DNA of 63,984 bases, filler included, from Saprolegnia diclina VS20 (taxonomy: Eukaryota): assembly GCF_000281045.1 (NCBI RefSeq). It is 5 parts of 3 records of this genome, joined end to end, with 100 filler letters (N's around TTAATTAATTAA, not from the genome) between each part and the next. Parts side by side here need not be neighbours in the genome. Positions count along the whole stretch, not along the records: positions 1 to 26,010 come from NW_008246089.1; 4 more parts are not named here. One strand, given 5' to 3'. This document shows, one piece after another, positions 1-13,187 of the stretch; position 1 is the first letter of the stretch; every line of letters begins with the position of its first letter. The notes under the pieces were generated by a model. It was not told the DNA's origin. It searched no databases and saw only the letters and a program-made list of their open reading frames with translations. A program made the position numbers and the translations under genes.

Positions 1-36
<36 letters not shown>
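1..36. repeat. (ATAG)n microsatellite at contig start
   Basis: Nine perfect ATAG units. Confidence 0.95.
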
Positions 37-76
37 GACAAGATACGGTTGAAACGGCGCACGACCTTTCCACGGG

Positions 77-3000
77 ATGCTACCGAGTGAGCTCGACGCA
101 ACACGGCCGCTCTCGGGCGTCGCGACGACAGCACTTTTGGCCACGTCCGACGTTGAAGCGAGCCGGCCTAGCGATGACGCGTACCTCACTGTGCTCCGCG
201 ATCGGGAGTCGACGCCGGAAGGGCCCGTGAAGCTTTATGTCTTGCAGCTGCACGGCCAAAACGTCTCGTCCATTGACGAGGTTTTTACGTCAACCTCGCC
301 TCGGCACCTCGTCGCTTTATACCTGCAGCACAACGTCATTGGCGCGATCGACGCGCTTCTTGTGTGCGCCAAGACGCTCCGCGTCCTCAACCTTGCCTCC
401 AACGTGCTCACATCGCTGCCAGGCGGTTCATTCTGGGCTGCATTCTCACTGCTCTCGGTGCTCGACGTCTCGGACAACTACATTGCCAAGTGGCGCGACG
501 TCGCCGGCTTGGAAGCAGCGACGAGCCTCGAGCTTTTGCGCCTCGCGGGCAACCCGATCGCGCTCCTCGAGGCGTCTCGGACCGTCATCGTCAACCGCGT
601 AGCCGTCTCGTCCAGAGGTCTTAGTGTCTTATTGCTCGCTTAGCTTTCATTCTTGCGCGCCCTCGATGCCTACGTGGTGACTGACGAAGAGCGCATCCAG
701 CAAGCCCGTAAAACGAGGATGTGAATCCTAGGCGATCACTAACTATTGCTGACGACTAGAGTTTGGGCCGCGCTTTAGCGCACTGCACGCGTCGATGCGG
801 TGCACGCTCTGGACGCCATGGGAGGCCACGCCTCTAGCCGTCGATGTCACGGTGCGAATTGCCCTCTGCAAGACGCTCTCGTCGCTCCACCGGCAGTGTG
901 AGCGCAACAGGTCCGGTCGCTTCAACCTACCATGTCTCTGCGACCTTGAATAGTCCCGTCTTGATCCTACAGCGCGTCTACCGCGGGTACCGAGCGCGCA
1001 AATACGGCCTCGGCACGTTTCGAAGCATGCTCGCCGCTGTCCGCCGCATCCAGCGGCTCTTTCGCGGCTGGGCCTTTCGTTGCTACCTCATGGTAGCCAA
1101 TGCCGGTGCTAAGGACACGGGGCTTGACCCATTGCATGTAGAGACAACTCTGTCTCGTGGTCGCCGACCACGGGGACGACGATCTGTTGGTCTCGACGCT
1201 GCAAAAGCAAAAGCTACGCGCCATTCCCAAAATCATGTCGGTCTGGCTGCGCCGACGGCGCATCTACCTCCGCAACAAGGCCGCGCTGCGCATCAAGCAT
1301 TTTCTGTGCGCAGCGGTCGCCGAGATCCAAGCCATGCGCGCGCGGCTCCTCACGTCGCCGTGGACGTTGGCGATCGTGTGCACGCCGGCGTCGCTGCCTC
1401 TGGTCCTAGCCGTCGCCAAGATTGCGGCCCACCGCGAGCACTACGTACACTTTGTCGGCAATGGAAAAGGATGTATGGTGTCTAGGCACTGGGCGTACCC
1501 GTGCGCGCGCTTACCAACCGCGTCGTTGCCACCGGCCCCCGTGTGCTTCGACCGTCGGGCTATCATTTTCACCAAGTCTTTGCGCAGCTGCGCCGCCCTC
1601 GTTCCTTGGCGCACAGCGCCTGCGTGCTGACCAAGTGCGACGACACCGTGCTGCTTGCAAGCCAGCTGCGTCTCTTGCGCGAGGACGCCGAGCAGCTGGC
1701 AACACTGCGGCCGCGAAAGACCACGCCGCTGCAAAGACAGCACCTGGCCGCCCTCCGCCACGAGGTGGCCCAGCGAATTCGGCTCGTGGACGCCACACTG
1801 CGGTCGACGCTCCAAGCCCGCGCCTCGCGACTGGTACCATGAAGTAAACGCGCCTGTCGATCGACGCATTTTTCTATCGTAGAAGGGCCAGACACGAAAG
1901 CGAAGTATCCGAATTCGAGCCCGCGGTGTCCAGTACGCAGCAACAATGTACATATTGTCGTCGAATACCGCGTAGACAACCAAAGCATGTGACGCCGACG
2001 CGGCGCGCTCTGCCGCCACCAACAACGTATGAGACGCTCCTGAGCTTTGTGCCCACGTCGTTTGCCATGTACTGGCGCATGCTGCACTTGCTCCGGCACT
2101 CGCACTGCTACGACGACGTCGTCTTGCGCCTCTACTCGCACGACGACGTCCGCCGACTGGCCGCGGCTACGCGCATCCAGAGCGTCTACCGGTCGTACAG
2201 CACGCGCCAGCGTACCCAGTTTGACGCAGTGTTTCTGCAAGCCCGTGCGACACTCTGTCTACAGCGGTAGCGACATCATGTCATCGCAACGTGCCTGAAG
2301 CGAGCTGTAGGTGGTGGCGCAACACGCTGTACCTTTACCGGGGGCTCACACAATGGACACAGTGTCTTCGCACCGTCGCGGCCATCGACTCGAACGTGCT
2401 GTACGTCGAGGAGCGTGTGCTCACGCTTCTGCGCACCCCGAGGATGCTCGAGATGGTCATGTCGTCGTTGCCGGCGCGGACGTCGCACCACTGGCGGTTC
2501 AAGTTTACGCACAAGGCGCTGCACTTGCCCATCACGCTCGAAGAGAGCTTGTCGCGGCTGCCGGAAGACGAGCAGTTGCAATACCTCAACACGTTCCTTG
2601 TCGACAACGGCCTTGTCCGCGTCGGGTTTCCCGTCTGGATGCCGAGCACACCCTTCCATGAGATTGTCGGGCGCGAAGAAAAATATACCTCGCACGACCA
2701 GGTAGGACCACAATGGATAGATCGATATGTATCCAAAGATCGATATCCAACTATCCAATATGGCTCGTGTAGGCCAGCCATCTCTTCTCGATTGGAGTCC
2801 ACGAGGCGCCTGCCAACGACGTATTCCCAAAGCCGCCCCTGAGCTCGTGCGACCCACTCTTTGGCCGCTTCCAAACGTGTCTCGATGTCGTCGCCGACAG
2901 CCACGCGCTGTGGAACCACGCAGAGGCCGACACTGTGCCCATGGCCTGGGGCAACATGTGCGGCGTGCCCTTGGTCAAGCTCGAGTTTGGCTCGGTTCAA

Positions 3001-4334
3001 GAAGCCCGGCACCGCGCCGTCTTGCTGCTCCTCAAGACGTACGACGCGCGCACGCAGACGTACGCGCGTCTCTTTACGTACTCGATGCTGCGGTACCTCT
3101 GGCTCGACAAGCCGGTACGCAGCCGCAGACCAATTGTGATTTGATGACCAAATTCCTCTAGACTCGTTTGCGAACCGGCCATGTCTTTTCCAGCCATTGG
3201 CAGGCGCTCCGCCTCGCTCTGCCGTCACGTTGGGGGACCTTCTATCGCGAGCCAAAGCCATCATCGGTCGCGACGAACCGCGACCGACGCCGGTGTCCAA
3301 CATCGCACTTGGCACGGCTTGCGGGCTTGAGTGACCAACCTCTCCTGGACCTCTTGCTCGTCCAGCCACCACCTGTACCACCGACACCCGCCGAGGACGA
3401 CGGTGACAACGATACAGCCAGTCTGTCGACACTCGCACCCGACGTGGTCCCCGCAAACGTCTACATGAGCGCGCACCCACCGCGGGACCTTCAAGAACTC
3501 AAGGAGCAGCAGGCGCAAGGCATTCGGCTCGAGACAGCGTACGCCGAGGCTGCGCTCCGAAGCGTCGCCATCGAAGAGCTGCAAGAGAAGCAGTTGCAGG
3601 TCGCTTTGCAGCACACGCCGCGGCCGCCGCCACCAATGGTCACCGAAGTCGCCGCGCGGAATCGGCACGAGAAGCTCCAAGCCAAAATGCGGGCGGTGGA
3701 GGGCGCGGTCGCACTGCACCGGCGCGACCAAGAACGGGCCAACCAAACGCTTCACCGCATGCGGCTCACCGAGCGGGCGGCCGAGGCGCGTGCGATTGAC
3801 GAGCGCATCGGCCATTGCGAGCGGGCGGCAGCGATCGCAGCGCAAAAAGTGGCGGTCGACGCGGCGCTCCAGCGCAATGCGTACGAGCAGCAACAGCGGC
3901 TTCTCTTGCAACAGCAGAACCGAGCGGTGCAAGCCGCCCTCTCGACACGCAAGAAGGCGCTGCGAGGATTCGCCCAACGGTTTGGGCAGCAGACCGTGCG
4001 CCTGACGCGGCTCCAGGCCCAAGACGACCGCGACGACGTGCGCGCGACGCAGTCCACGCTCCCCGTGCTGCTCGCAGCCGACACCAAGCACAAGCTGGCG
4101 ACGTTGCGCGAGTCGGAGCAAACGAAGCGCAGCTTTGCGTTCGTCGAGCGGCAAAAGGCGCGCATCGAGCAACGCGATGAGATTCGAGAAGCGCTCGAGA
4201 CGCAGGCGCTGCAGGACGACTACCGCCGACAAGACCTTCGCGACCGCATAACGCGCGAAAAAAAAATCAGAGCCCACTTGCGAGACGACGCCAAGCGCTC
4301 CAAGAACCACAATCTGGACCGCGTCTCGTTGTAG
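77..4334 (+). CDS. Multi-exon leucine-rich repeat and IQ-motif protein with C-terminal coiled coil (LRRIQ3-like)
   Basis: N-terminal LRRs (LVALYLQHNVI, LRVLNLASNVL, LSVLDVSDNYI, LELLRLAGNPI). Several IQ-like motifs (LQRVYRGYRAR, IQRLFRGWAFR, IQSVYRSYSTR). Coiled-coil ORF 3168-4334. Short GT-AG introns link the ORF pieces (e.g. about 600-643). Could be more than one gene. Confidence 0.7.
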
Positions 4335-4750
4335 TCTGTCGCGTGTACCAGATTGTCATTTCAGTGTGGCGGATCGTAATTCTGCGTTTCTACGCTCTTT
4401 TGTGTGGACCACATGTCGACTGGCAAACTGTGTACAGAACGCCTGCCGGCAACAAAAGCCATGTGCCAACGACAAAAGCTGGCTCTCGAGAAGCTTGATC
4501 CAGCTCCGGTGGTCGCAGAGGCGTGACTGCGGTCCCCGTTCTCGATCGCTGGGATGGCTCCTCCGAGTTGCAACGACCTCAACTACACTTTTTGTACTAA
4601 AACAATCATGTCTACTCGTTCCGAGTGACTTAAACGATAGTCTCTTGAACGCTTAGTCGAGCATTCATGGTGAGCTACTCGCCCACGCAGCGGAGAGAGA
4701 CCCAAGACTCTCATCAGGGTCCTCCACAACGGTGCCACCATAAAGGCGAC

Positions 4751-6137
4751 TTAGGTTTGCGTGGAAAGGACGGTGTTGGCGGCCTGCAGCACGGCATGAA
4801 TGTCGTCGGCCGTCACGTCCAGGTGCGTCACGGCGCGAATTTGGTTGTGCGCCTTGCCATAGCCACCTAGAGAAGACGCCTTGGATCGGTTTCCAAGCCA
4901 TTAAATACGCTACCGCCGAGGAGAACGCCGAGCTCCTTCATCCGGCCGAGGAAAACGTCATTCGCAAGCGCGTGCGCGTCCAATGTAAAGTACACCATGT
5001 TGGTCTCGACGTTGGCGACGTCGACGACGATGCCGGGAATGGTCGCCTACGTCAGCGCGTCATAGCCTGCGTCATCGTCATGGCTGCACGTACGAGGCCT
5101 TGGGCGAGCACCTTGGCGTTCGCATGGTCCACCGCAAGACGCTCAATGTTGTGCTCGAGGGCCACCAAGCCCGCCGCCGCGAGGACGCCCGACTGGCGCA
5201 TGCCGCCGCCCAGCGACTTGCGCAGCCGCATCGCCTACGTCATCTCGCAAATGAGAGAGAACGGTACACCGGAGCCCCACCTTGTGCATGAGCTCGTCGT
5301 CGCCGGCAAGGATCGATCCGACAGGCGCACCAAGCCCCTTGCTCAGACACAGCGAAATTGAGTCCACCGACGCCACGAGGTCCCGCAGCGGCGACTGCAG
5401 CGCGACGCTGGCATTGGCGAGGCGCGCACCTAGGATGCGGCAGGGTTCGAGAGGGAAGAGGGCAGGCATCTGGCTACCATCCATGTGCATCTTGAGGTTG
5501 TGGCGTGCGCAAACGGCCGCAATGTCATTGATGGACTCGGTCGGAACGACGCGCCCGCCACACGTGTTGTGGGTATTCTCGACAGCGACCAGCGTCGTCC
5601 TGGCATCATGCCATGAGCGTCGAAAGAGGTAGCGGAGCTCACCGTGGGTAGTGCGGGTCGTCGTCTCGAATCGCGCTCTCAATGTCTGCGGCCAAGAGGT
5701 TGCCATTCGCTTGCGTCGGCACCGTGTTCATGCCGACGCCCAAGTAGGCTATGCACGCGTCATGAGGCTGGCGACCGTAGATCGACGGTACCGCTCACGC
5801 CCGCGCCTTCGTACGTAAAGATATGCGACTTCTTGCCCAAGATGACTTCGTCGCCACGCTGGCAGTGCGCGCCGACAGCGATGAGGTTGCTCATCGTACC
5901 GCTACACACGGCGCGATGAGATATCGAGGCCATTGCAGCAGCGTCGTACGATGGCACAAAGAGCGCACGTGGCTTGCCGAGGAGGTCCGCGGCAGCTTCC
6001 TGGAGCTTGAGCACCGTCGGGTCCGTGCCATGCACATCGTCGCCGACGATCGCATTGGCCATCGCCTGGCGCATGCGCGCGCAGGGCTGCGTGACCGTGT
6101 CGCTCACGAGGTTGATGAGGCGGCGTGCGGCGGCCAT
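4751..6137 (-). CDS. GLY1: Low-specificity L-threonine aldolase (PLP-dependent, multi-exon)
   Basis: [67 protein letters not shown] (PLP lysine), [15 protein letters not shown]; last exon ends TAA at 4751. Confidence 0.92.
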
Positions 6138-6272
6138 CGTTGATGCTCTTTGAGGATCGTTGTCAGAACACGGTATATGACGGACAAAAAGTGCAGTATT
6201 GACAAAAACGGGTACGTTGCACTTGACATGTAACTTCAACATGCTGTCAAGAATGCCCCCCAGAAACCGACA

Positions 6273-8128
6273 ATGAACCAAGACGACGGTGCACCCGAGA
6301 ACGACGACGATGGGTTGGAGCTGCTGCAGCGCGCTCGCCTCCTTGTCCAGGCCGCCACGAACTTGCCCGATTTTAGCACCCTATTTAGCAAGATTCCACC
6401 GCCCCCGATCCTCGAGGAGTCGGATAACGAAGAGCTGGAGACGGCGCCCCCCCAAGCCAAGACCACCAAGGCCAAGCCCAAAAAGGCGGCTGCTAGCAAC
6501 CAGGACGAAGTCAAGTACGTTTCTATTGCAGCCGACTCGTCGGTCGCACCTGCGTGGTGTAGAAGGGACAAGAAAAAGGCCGTCAAGAAGCCCAAGGAGC
6601 CCCAGCGAGAGACGCCATCCCGTCCTCCGTAATGCCTCCGGCACCGAGTTGAGGCACGATCTCAACGTGGTGTCGCGTAGTGTCAAACCTGCCAAGAGCT
6701 CACCACGGTCGCCCAAGACTGTCAAGCCGCACAAACCCAAGGCGAAGAAGGAGGCGCCGGAAGCCCCCGTCGTTGACGATCCTGACCAAAAGGCCGCCCA
6801 AGAGCTCGCACGCAAGTACGCCCAGGAGCGCGCGGCGGCACGCGTCGCCGCCAAGCAGCGCGAGAAGCTAAAGGAGGCCGAGAAGCAGCAACAGACGGAG
6901 GCGGACTGCGTCTCTGAGTTTTACGAGACCCTCGAAGAGCGGGAGAAGCGGCTGAAAAACGACCGGCGCAAGGCCAAGGAGCGCGCGCGCCACCGACGGC
7001 AGCAAGCGCAGCACGAAGAGCCGGCCGAGCCCAAGCCTGAAAAAGAGACCCATATCCCCGACTTGGACAAGTTCCAGCAGCAAACCAAGGAGCGTTTGCT
7101 TCGGTAGACACTTTGTACATCGAATACTGTCGTAGCATCCATCCTGTAGCGCCAAGGAGCAGCGGCGACGCGAGGAAGATCTCAAAGTGCAGCAGGCCGC
7201 CAAAGAACTGGAAGAGAAAGTGCGACACCAGCAGGAAGACGAGGAGGCGCAAGACGAGCTCAAGCGGCGCGCCGACCAGCTTCGAAAAGAGACGCGTCGG
7301 CGCTTGAAGGCAATGGAGAAGCACAAGTCGGAGCTCGAGCGGTGCGACCAGTACGCTCTCAGTCCTTTGCCCTACTGCGTGAACGTAGTAAGGAGATGGA
7401 GCTGCGACAGCAAGGCCTCGAGCGCTACAAGCATCACAAGGGCGAGATGGAGCGTGTCGCCAAGGGCATTTCGTCCCAAAAGCCAAAAGACGAGTCGCCT
7501 TCCGAGGACGTGGTAGGACATTAGGACATCATGATATCTCAACTCACCTTCATGCATCGGTGGTAGCCACCCATCGATGACAAGCAACCCACCGCCGATC
7601 CCATCGTCGAGCATGTAGACTCGCCCACGAGAGCGCTACCTGCGGAGAACCAAGTTGAGTTGCAGACGACTCTGGAGGAGTGCCACGACAACGACGACGG
7701 TGCTCTGGTTGCTGCCACCCCAGAGGTTCATCTACCAGCGATCGTGTTGCCGCCGCTGGTGGACGGTGCGCGAGTGCCACCCCATGAGAAGCCAGTTCCA
7801 AAACCCAAGAAGGCGGCTCCGTGGAAGCGACCGCCGGTGCCGATGCCAAGTGCCGATGCAGTAGCGAGCCGGGCAAAACTACCGAGCGCCCTGCCCGGCG
7901 GCCCACCGCTGCCACCACCGCGCGACACGTCGTATTCAGACAGACTCAAGAGTCGGACAGCACCAGCAAGCTTGGGCCCTAGTGACGGAGCAGGCCAGCG
8001 GCTCGTGAGCGCAACGCGGGACCGCGCCAAGTACGTTGCATCACCACTCTACCAGATTGCTCATGCGATGCTGCGTGTACAGTCAAATGGACGCGCAGGC
8101 CAAAAAGACACTTGCCCCGCCCGTCTAA
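6273..8128 (+). CDS. Multi-exon hypothetical Lys/Glu-rich coiled-coil protein
   Basis: ATG 6273; consecutive coding-like ORF segments separated by short GT-AG introns; last exon ends ...KTLAPPV-TAA at 8128. Confidence 0.65.
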
Positions 8129-8172
8129 AGCTGTCAAAGTCGCTCCGATGGACCTTGCCGTTCAGCCAGACC

Positions 8173-8215
8173 ATGCTCGCCTCACGTAGCAGTATGCTCG
8201 CCTCACGTAGCAGTA
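8173..8215. repeat. 21-bp tandem duplication
   Basis: ATGCTCGCCTCACGTAGCAGT x2. Confidence 0.9.
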
Positions 8216-8678
8216 ACATGACGCACAACACGTTGCACCATACAGCTCGACTGACCACTCGCTGCTATTGCTACGTCCTTCTTGTGGCCGGACGCCGTCG
8301 CCACCGGGCATGTACTATGCTGCAATGTACATCGCACTACTAGCAATCGGCGAGGGCAATGGGATTCCTTGGTCGATCGGTCGGTGGCGGCGAGGCCGTC
8401 GGCGCGTCGGCCGCCGCCATCTTGGCCGACGTCGCTATTTCCGTGTCCGGATACCTTGCGGCGTCATCGGCCACTCGCTGCATTTTATTATTATTTCACG
8501 TCGCCACCAGGAATTAAAATGGGTCGTTCTCGGGTAATTAAATTCGCGAGCGCCGTGTATTTTTTGCAGTCGCACAAAACCACCGGCGCCGGTGGACGGA
8601 TCGCGGACGCCGACAGCGCCTGCTTGCATCTCTTTGCCGCCAAGTCGAAGCATCGAACCCCGACTTGCCGAGACCAGC

Positions 8679-10185
8679 ATGGCCCAGAACTACATTGCAC
8701 AGAAGCGTCTGCATGCGTCGAGCAAGGAAGAGGCGGCGGCCCATCGCCAAGGTACACGCGCTTCCCATCATGCCACTCGACCTTATGCGCACGATGATAG
8801 CCTCCGACGACAGCGACGTGTCCGAGCCCGAGAACGATTCCGAGCCTGCAACGCAGCCGCGAGGCAAGCAGCTGCGATTTCCCGTCCCGGCCGCCAGTAC
8901 CGAGGGCTCGGCCTCGAGCGAAGACTCGGACGACTACGCGTCTGTCAGCAGTAGCGACTCAAGCGACAGCGAAGACGAAGCGTCCTCGGCCGCGGTCCCG
9001 GAAAAAGAGCCACAGTACATTATCCTTGGCGCCCGCGCCCGCAAGCGCGTGCGGCCACCCAATGCGTACTACAGAAACATGGCGGCCTACGTGCGCGGCT
9101 GTCTCCTCCTCGTGCGGTCCAAGACGAAAACTGACCTCGACGACGCGGGGCACGTCGCGTTTCGGGCCGCGCTGGCGGCTAACGACGTCGAGCGCGTCGT
9201 GATCGCAGACGCACCACCCGAGGTCGCCAAGCCCGTCGAGCTGCCCGTGGTCAAGCCCGTGGCCGTCCCGACAACGGAAAAACCCAAGAAAGAACGCAAG
9301 GAAAAGAAGGAGAAGAAGAAGAAGGCGGAGTCCGAGAAGCGAAGTAGCGCCAAGAAGAAGGAGGCGCCGAGCTCGCCGGTCAAACCCGCACCGACGACCG
9401 TGACACCGCCACCCAAGGAGGTCGCCAAGCTCCCGCCCAAGCCCGTGCCTGTGCCAAAGTCGGACCCAATCGCAAAGCGGCCAGCCCCGGTCGCCGAAGC
9501 GCCACCGGCCAAGAAGGCCCGGACGGCCGGGCAATTCCTGATCGCGTCAAGTGCCGACGTGGCCGACACGGCGCGCATTCTCAAGGAGATGGACGAGCTG
9601 CGAAAAGAAGGCGTGAGCCTCAAGCACTCGGGCGACCGCAAGACAGACAAGTCGGCCACGGGCGTCGAGTACCTTCGCGCCAGCATCAAGTTTTTACGCC
9701 AGGCGCTGCTCTTCTCGGACCTCAAGGCCATCTCCAAGATGACCAACGACCAAGTCAAAGCCGCCAAGTGGGGCAAAGACTCGACGTCGACGATCGCGCA
9801 AACGGCAGCGCTCATCGAAAGCACAATCGGACTCTTCAAGCTGGCAGGCAACCGCCGGCTCATGGCCGTGAGCTACAAGCTGGCAGCGATCGTGTACCTG
9901 ACGTCGTACCGCCTCCAGCACAACATGCTTTACGGCCATTACTCGCAGCTGCACATGGCCGGGCGGTCGCCCGACGGCCTCGGCGCACCGGCGCTAAGTC
10001 CGGACCAGGAAGGCATGCGTCGGCTCATCTTGCGCGAGATGGGCCAGGTCATGCGCGGCTTTGACTTTTGGCGCTACTATGAGAGCACGGGCATGAGCGT
10101 GCTCCCGGACGTGACGGACCCCGTCACGGTCGACTTTAACGTGCTCTGGGACGCCCTCGAAGTCGAGCTGAGTGCGAGTCCGTAA
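8679..10185 (+). CDS. Low-complexity nuclear protein with C-terminal AF4/FMR2-CHD-like (plant CWZF THD-like) helical domain
   Basis: Exon 1 8679-8751, intron 8752-8800 (GT..AG), exon 2 to 10185. Ser/Asp-rich and Lys/Pro-rich linkers, then LRKEGVSLKHSGDRK..GVEYLRASIKFLRQA, resembling the EAKxLKHxAD..YxxAxxxF start of the AF4 C-terminal homology domain. Confidence 0.7.
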
Positions 10186-10575
10186 ACCAGCGCAAATATA
10201 TGCACAACGTAGTGACTCCGTTGACATGACAATACTGTGCAAAGGACGGAAAAGACGGTCGTTGGCGTAGCACCTGCCTGTGTCTGGCTACCATTGTTCT
10301 GCGACTCGCTATCTACAGTCTGGCGCCAGTGCAGTTTGGCGTGGAAGGCGAACGTGGTGCGCTCACGAACCAGCGCTGACCAGAATGCTAACCAGAGGCC
10401 GGATAGACCCTTACATGACCCAGTATTGACCCACTGGACACCGCCTCACACGAGCATCTCGTCAACTCGAGCAAACAAGCACGTAGTATCTGAATGAAAG
10501 TAGTCGTTGCTTCACGGTACTACAACCGCGCAGTTCCTCGTCGTTATCATGTTCAGGGTTAGGGTTTGTTGCGGG

Positions 10576-11857
10576 TTAGGGTTCCTCAGCAAACGCTATG
10601 CGCGTGGACGGCACCGCCCGGTGCGACGTGTTGGCCTCGATCGCCCGCTCGTAGTAGCGCTGCTTGGCCGACTTGGGTACGCGATTCGATTGCGTTTCGA
10701 GGGCGACGACGTGCGCGCGAATGGCCTCGTGACGCCGCTTCTTCTCGTCGACACTGAGCTCCATCCGCTCGAGAAAGTCCGTCCCAATGTCGCCCCACGC
10801 CTAGCATCCGCACATCCGATTTCTCGACACTAGACTCCGTTGTTGGCACCTTGGGCAAGGCAAAGAGGACGCCGCAGAACGTGCAGCGCTTCTTCTTGTC
10901 GCGAAACTCGGCGTACGACTGCGTCATGCCACAGCGCGGGCACTGCTTCTTGTTCTAATACAACGTCGATAGACTATTGCAAACGACCTTGTCATGTACT
11001 TGGCGCAAGCTGTACTCTTCTTCGCCCCGTGTGGACTGGAGCCGCTACAGCTCATGTTTCGACCTGAAATAAATTGTACAAAAATTGTCATACCTTTTGC
11101 CGGTTGTGCTCGGCGGCCTCCATGCGCGCGATAAAGTCGTCGGCCTTGTCCTCGTCGTCAAAATGGTTGACAAAATCGTAGCCGCACGCCGGGTTCTTCA
11201 TCGCCGCCAGCTGCGACCGCGTCTTCTTGGGCTGGAACCGACACTGCCGCGCGTCTTCGTCGGACGCAAACGCACGCTGCGTGGAGCTGGTCTTGGGCTT
11301 GGACAAGGCGTGGATAGTCTCCTATTCACGCAGTACATATGCGGCACTAGGCGACGTAGCATCACCTTGGGCAGCAGACGGGCCGTGTATGTTGCAGCGT
11401 CAACGGCAACCGGCGTTGGCACCGCCGTCGTCGGGAGTTTGGCACCACTGCGGGCCTGCTTGGCGGCTGTGATTGACGCCACTTTGGTATGCACACGGTT
11501 CTTGGCCCGGCTAATCGTCTGAATGTTTTCGCTCTGTCGACCCCGCAGCGACGCAGACGACGAGCTCGGTGTCGGTGGCTTGGAGGAGCTCGGCGTCGGT
11601 GGTGTGAACGAGCTCGGCGGTAGTGGTGCTGTCTTGGCGGCAGCGTTCTGCACCGTTGTGACCAGTAGCGCTGCTGTGTCTGCTGTGATCGCAGGTGGCG
11701 AGTCCGGCATCGACGCTGTCATCGGTTGGTCCTTCTTGGCGTGCGCCGAGATGAGGCTGGCTTGGCACAAAATGTCGGCGATCTCAGCATCGTCGTCGTC
11801 CTCAAAGCTGCCCGAGCCATTGCCATCGTGCTCGTACGACCGAGCCGTGTCACTCAT
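10576..11857 (-). CDS. Multi-exon hypothetical protein
   Basis: ATG 11857; ORF pieces 11198-11857, 11088-11306 (CRFQPKK..GYDF..FIARMEAAE), 10586-10927 (CTFCG) and 10576-10764, with coding codon bias and short introns. Confidence 0.6.
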
Positions 11858-11907
11858 CAGCCAAATCTGTCTTCTAAATATACATATATTCCTCGCTCAA
11901 AGCCAAG

Positions 11908-13168
11908 ATGCCCACCGACATTCAAGCGCTCAAGGGCACGATCGAGGCGTCGATCGAAGAGCTCGTGCGCCTCGCCGACACCAAGATCAACTGGACCAAC
12001 GGCGCCGGCAAAGGCTACATCTTCCTTCCCGGCGTCTACCAGTGGCACGCGGACAAGGCCGAGGCGTCGCCGCCCGTCGATGCGCCGCCGACGGAAACGC
12101 TCGCGCCGGCTACCGAGGCGGTGTCCGAGCCACCGCCAGCTGCTGACGGAGATGCAAACGTTGAGGCACCGGCCAGCATTGTCCCTGACGCGCCCGCGCC
12201 CGCGTCCATCGCTGTTTTGCGCGACCAGCCGGCTGCGACGCCCGTGCGTCTGGAGCGCCCTTCAGTTTCGTCTTCATCGCATGGCGTAGGAGGCAACCGC
12301 CGAGGCATTGCCAAAGGAACCACCGTCGGCGCCGATCGTGGACGATGACAAGCGCTTGGACCGAGAGCTCGCGCAAGTCGCGGCCTTCCTCATGAACGAC
12401 GACGATATCGTCTCGATGAGCTTTACGCTCACGCTGCACGGCGACAACACGTTCGAGTACCTCTGGAAGCAGAAGCGCGCGGGCGCGCGCCCCATGGAGC
12501 ACAAGGTCGAGCTCTACGGCGCGTGGTCGAAACCGGTCTTGAACCGCGACCGGTACGGCGAGCGCGATTCGCGTCTCTTTCTCGATACGCACCGCGCCAA
12601 GTTTGCCCGGCTCGCCAACTATGGTTCCGCGACTTGTTCGGCGGCTGGATGGTCTCGGCTGACGACCATATGCTGGGTAGATGCGACGACAGGCGTGTGG
12701 CGACAGACGCTCCGGACGCTCACGCGCAACGGTGAGGACTATGTCGTGTGCGGCCAGAACGACCGCGGGCTCCCGCCGATCCGGCTCGTCTTCACCGTCC
12801 TCGACGGCAACGTCCTCGAGAGCAACGGGCTCGCATTTCCACACGACATTGTGTCCAACTCGATCTCGAGCCGAATTCTCTCGGGCTTGACCAAGAAAGC
12901 GGCCAACAAGCTCGGGACGCCGCTGGACGTAATGACGGATCGGTGGCTGCCCTGCCGCAAACTCTGCCTCAAGCAACTCCCACCCAACGGCATTGTCAAG
13001 CCCTTCAACCCGCTCCTCGCGTGCGTCTCGGACTATGAAGCGTATGTTATCCTCATGGACACTGCCCTGTGTAGGCTCGCCGAGATTCTGCACAAGCGCG
13101 GCGAAGCTGCCAACCTCGACTCTGTGTTGTGTGTGCGCGAGCGCACGCCAAGCATGACGGTAGTTTAA
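11908..13168 (+). CDS. Hypothetical protein (probably at least two exons)
   Basis: ORFs 11908-12348 and 12308-13168 with coding-like composition; a likely short intron near 12286-12316. Confidence 0.55.
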
Positions 13169-13187
13169 GGTGTTCTTAGCTCGTCGA

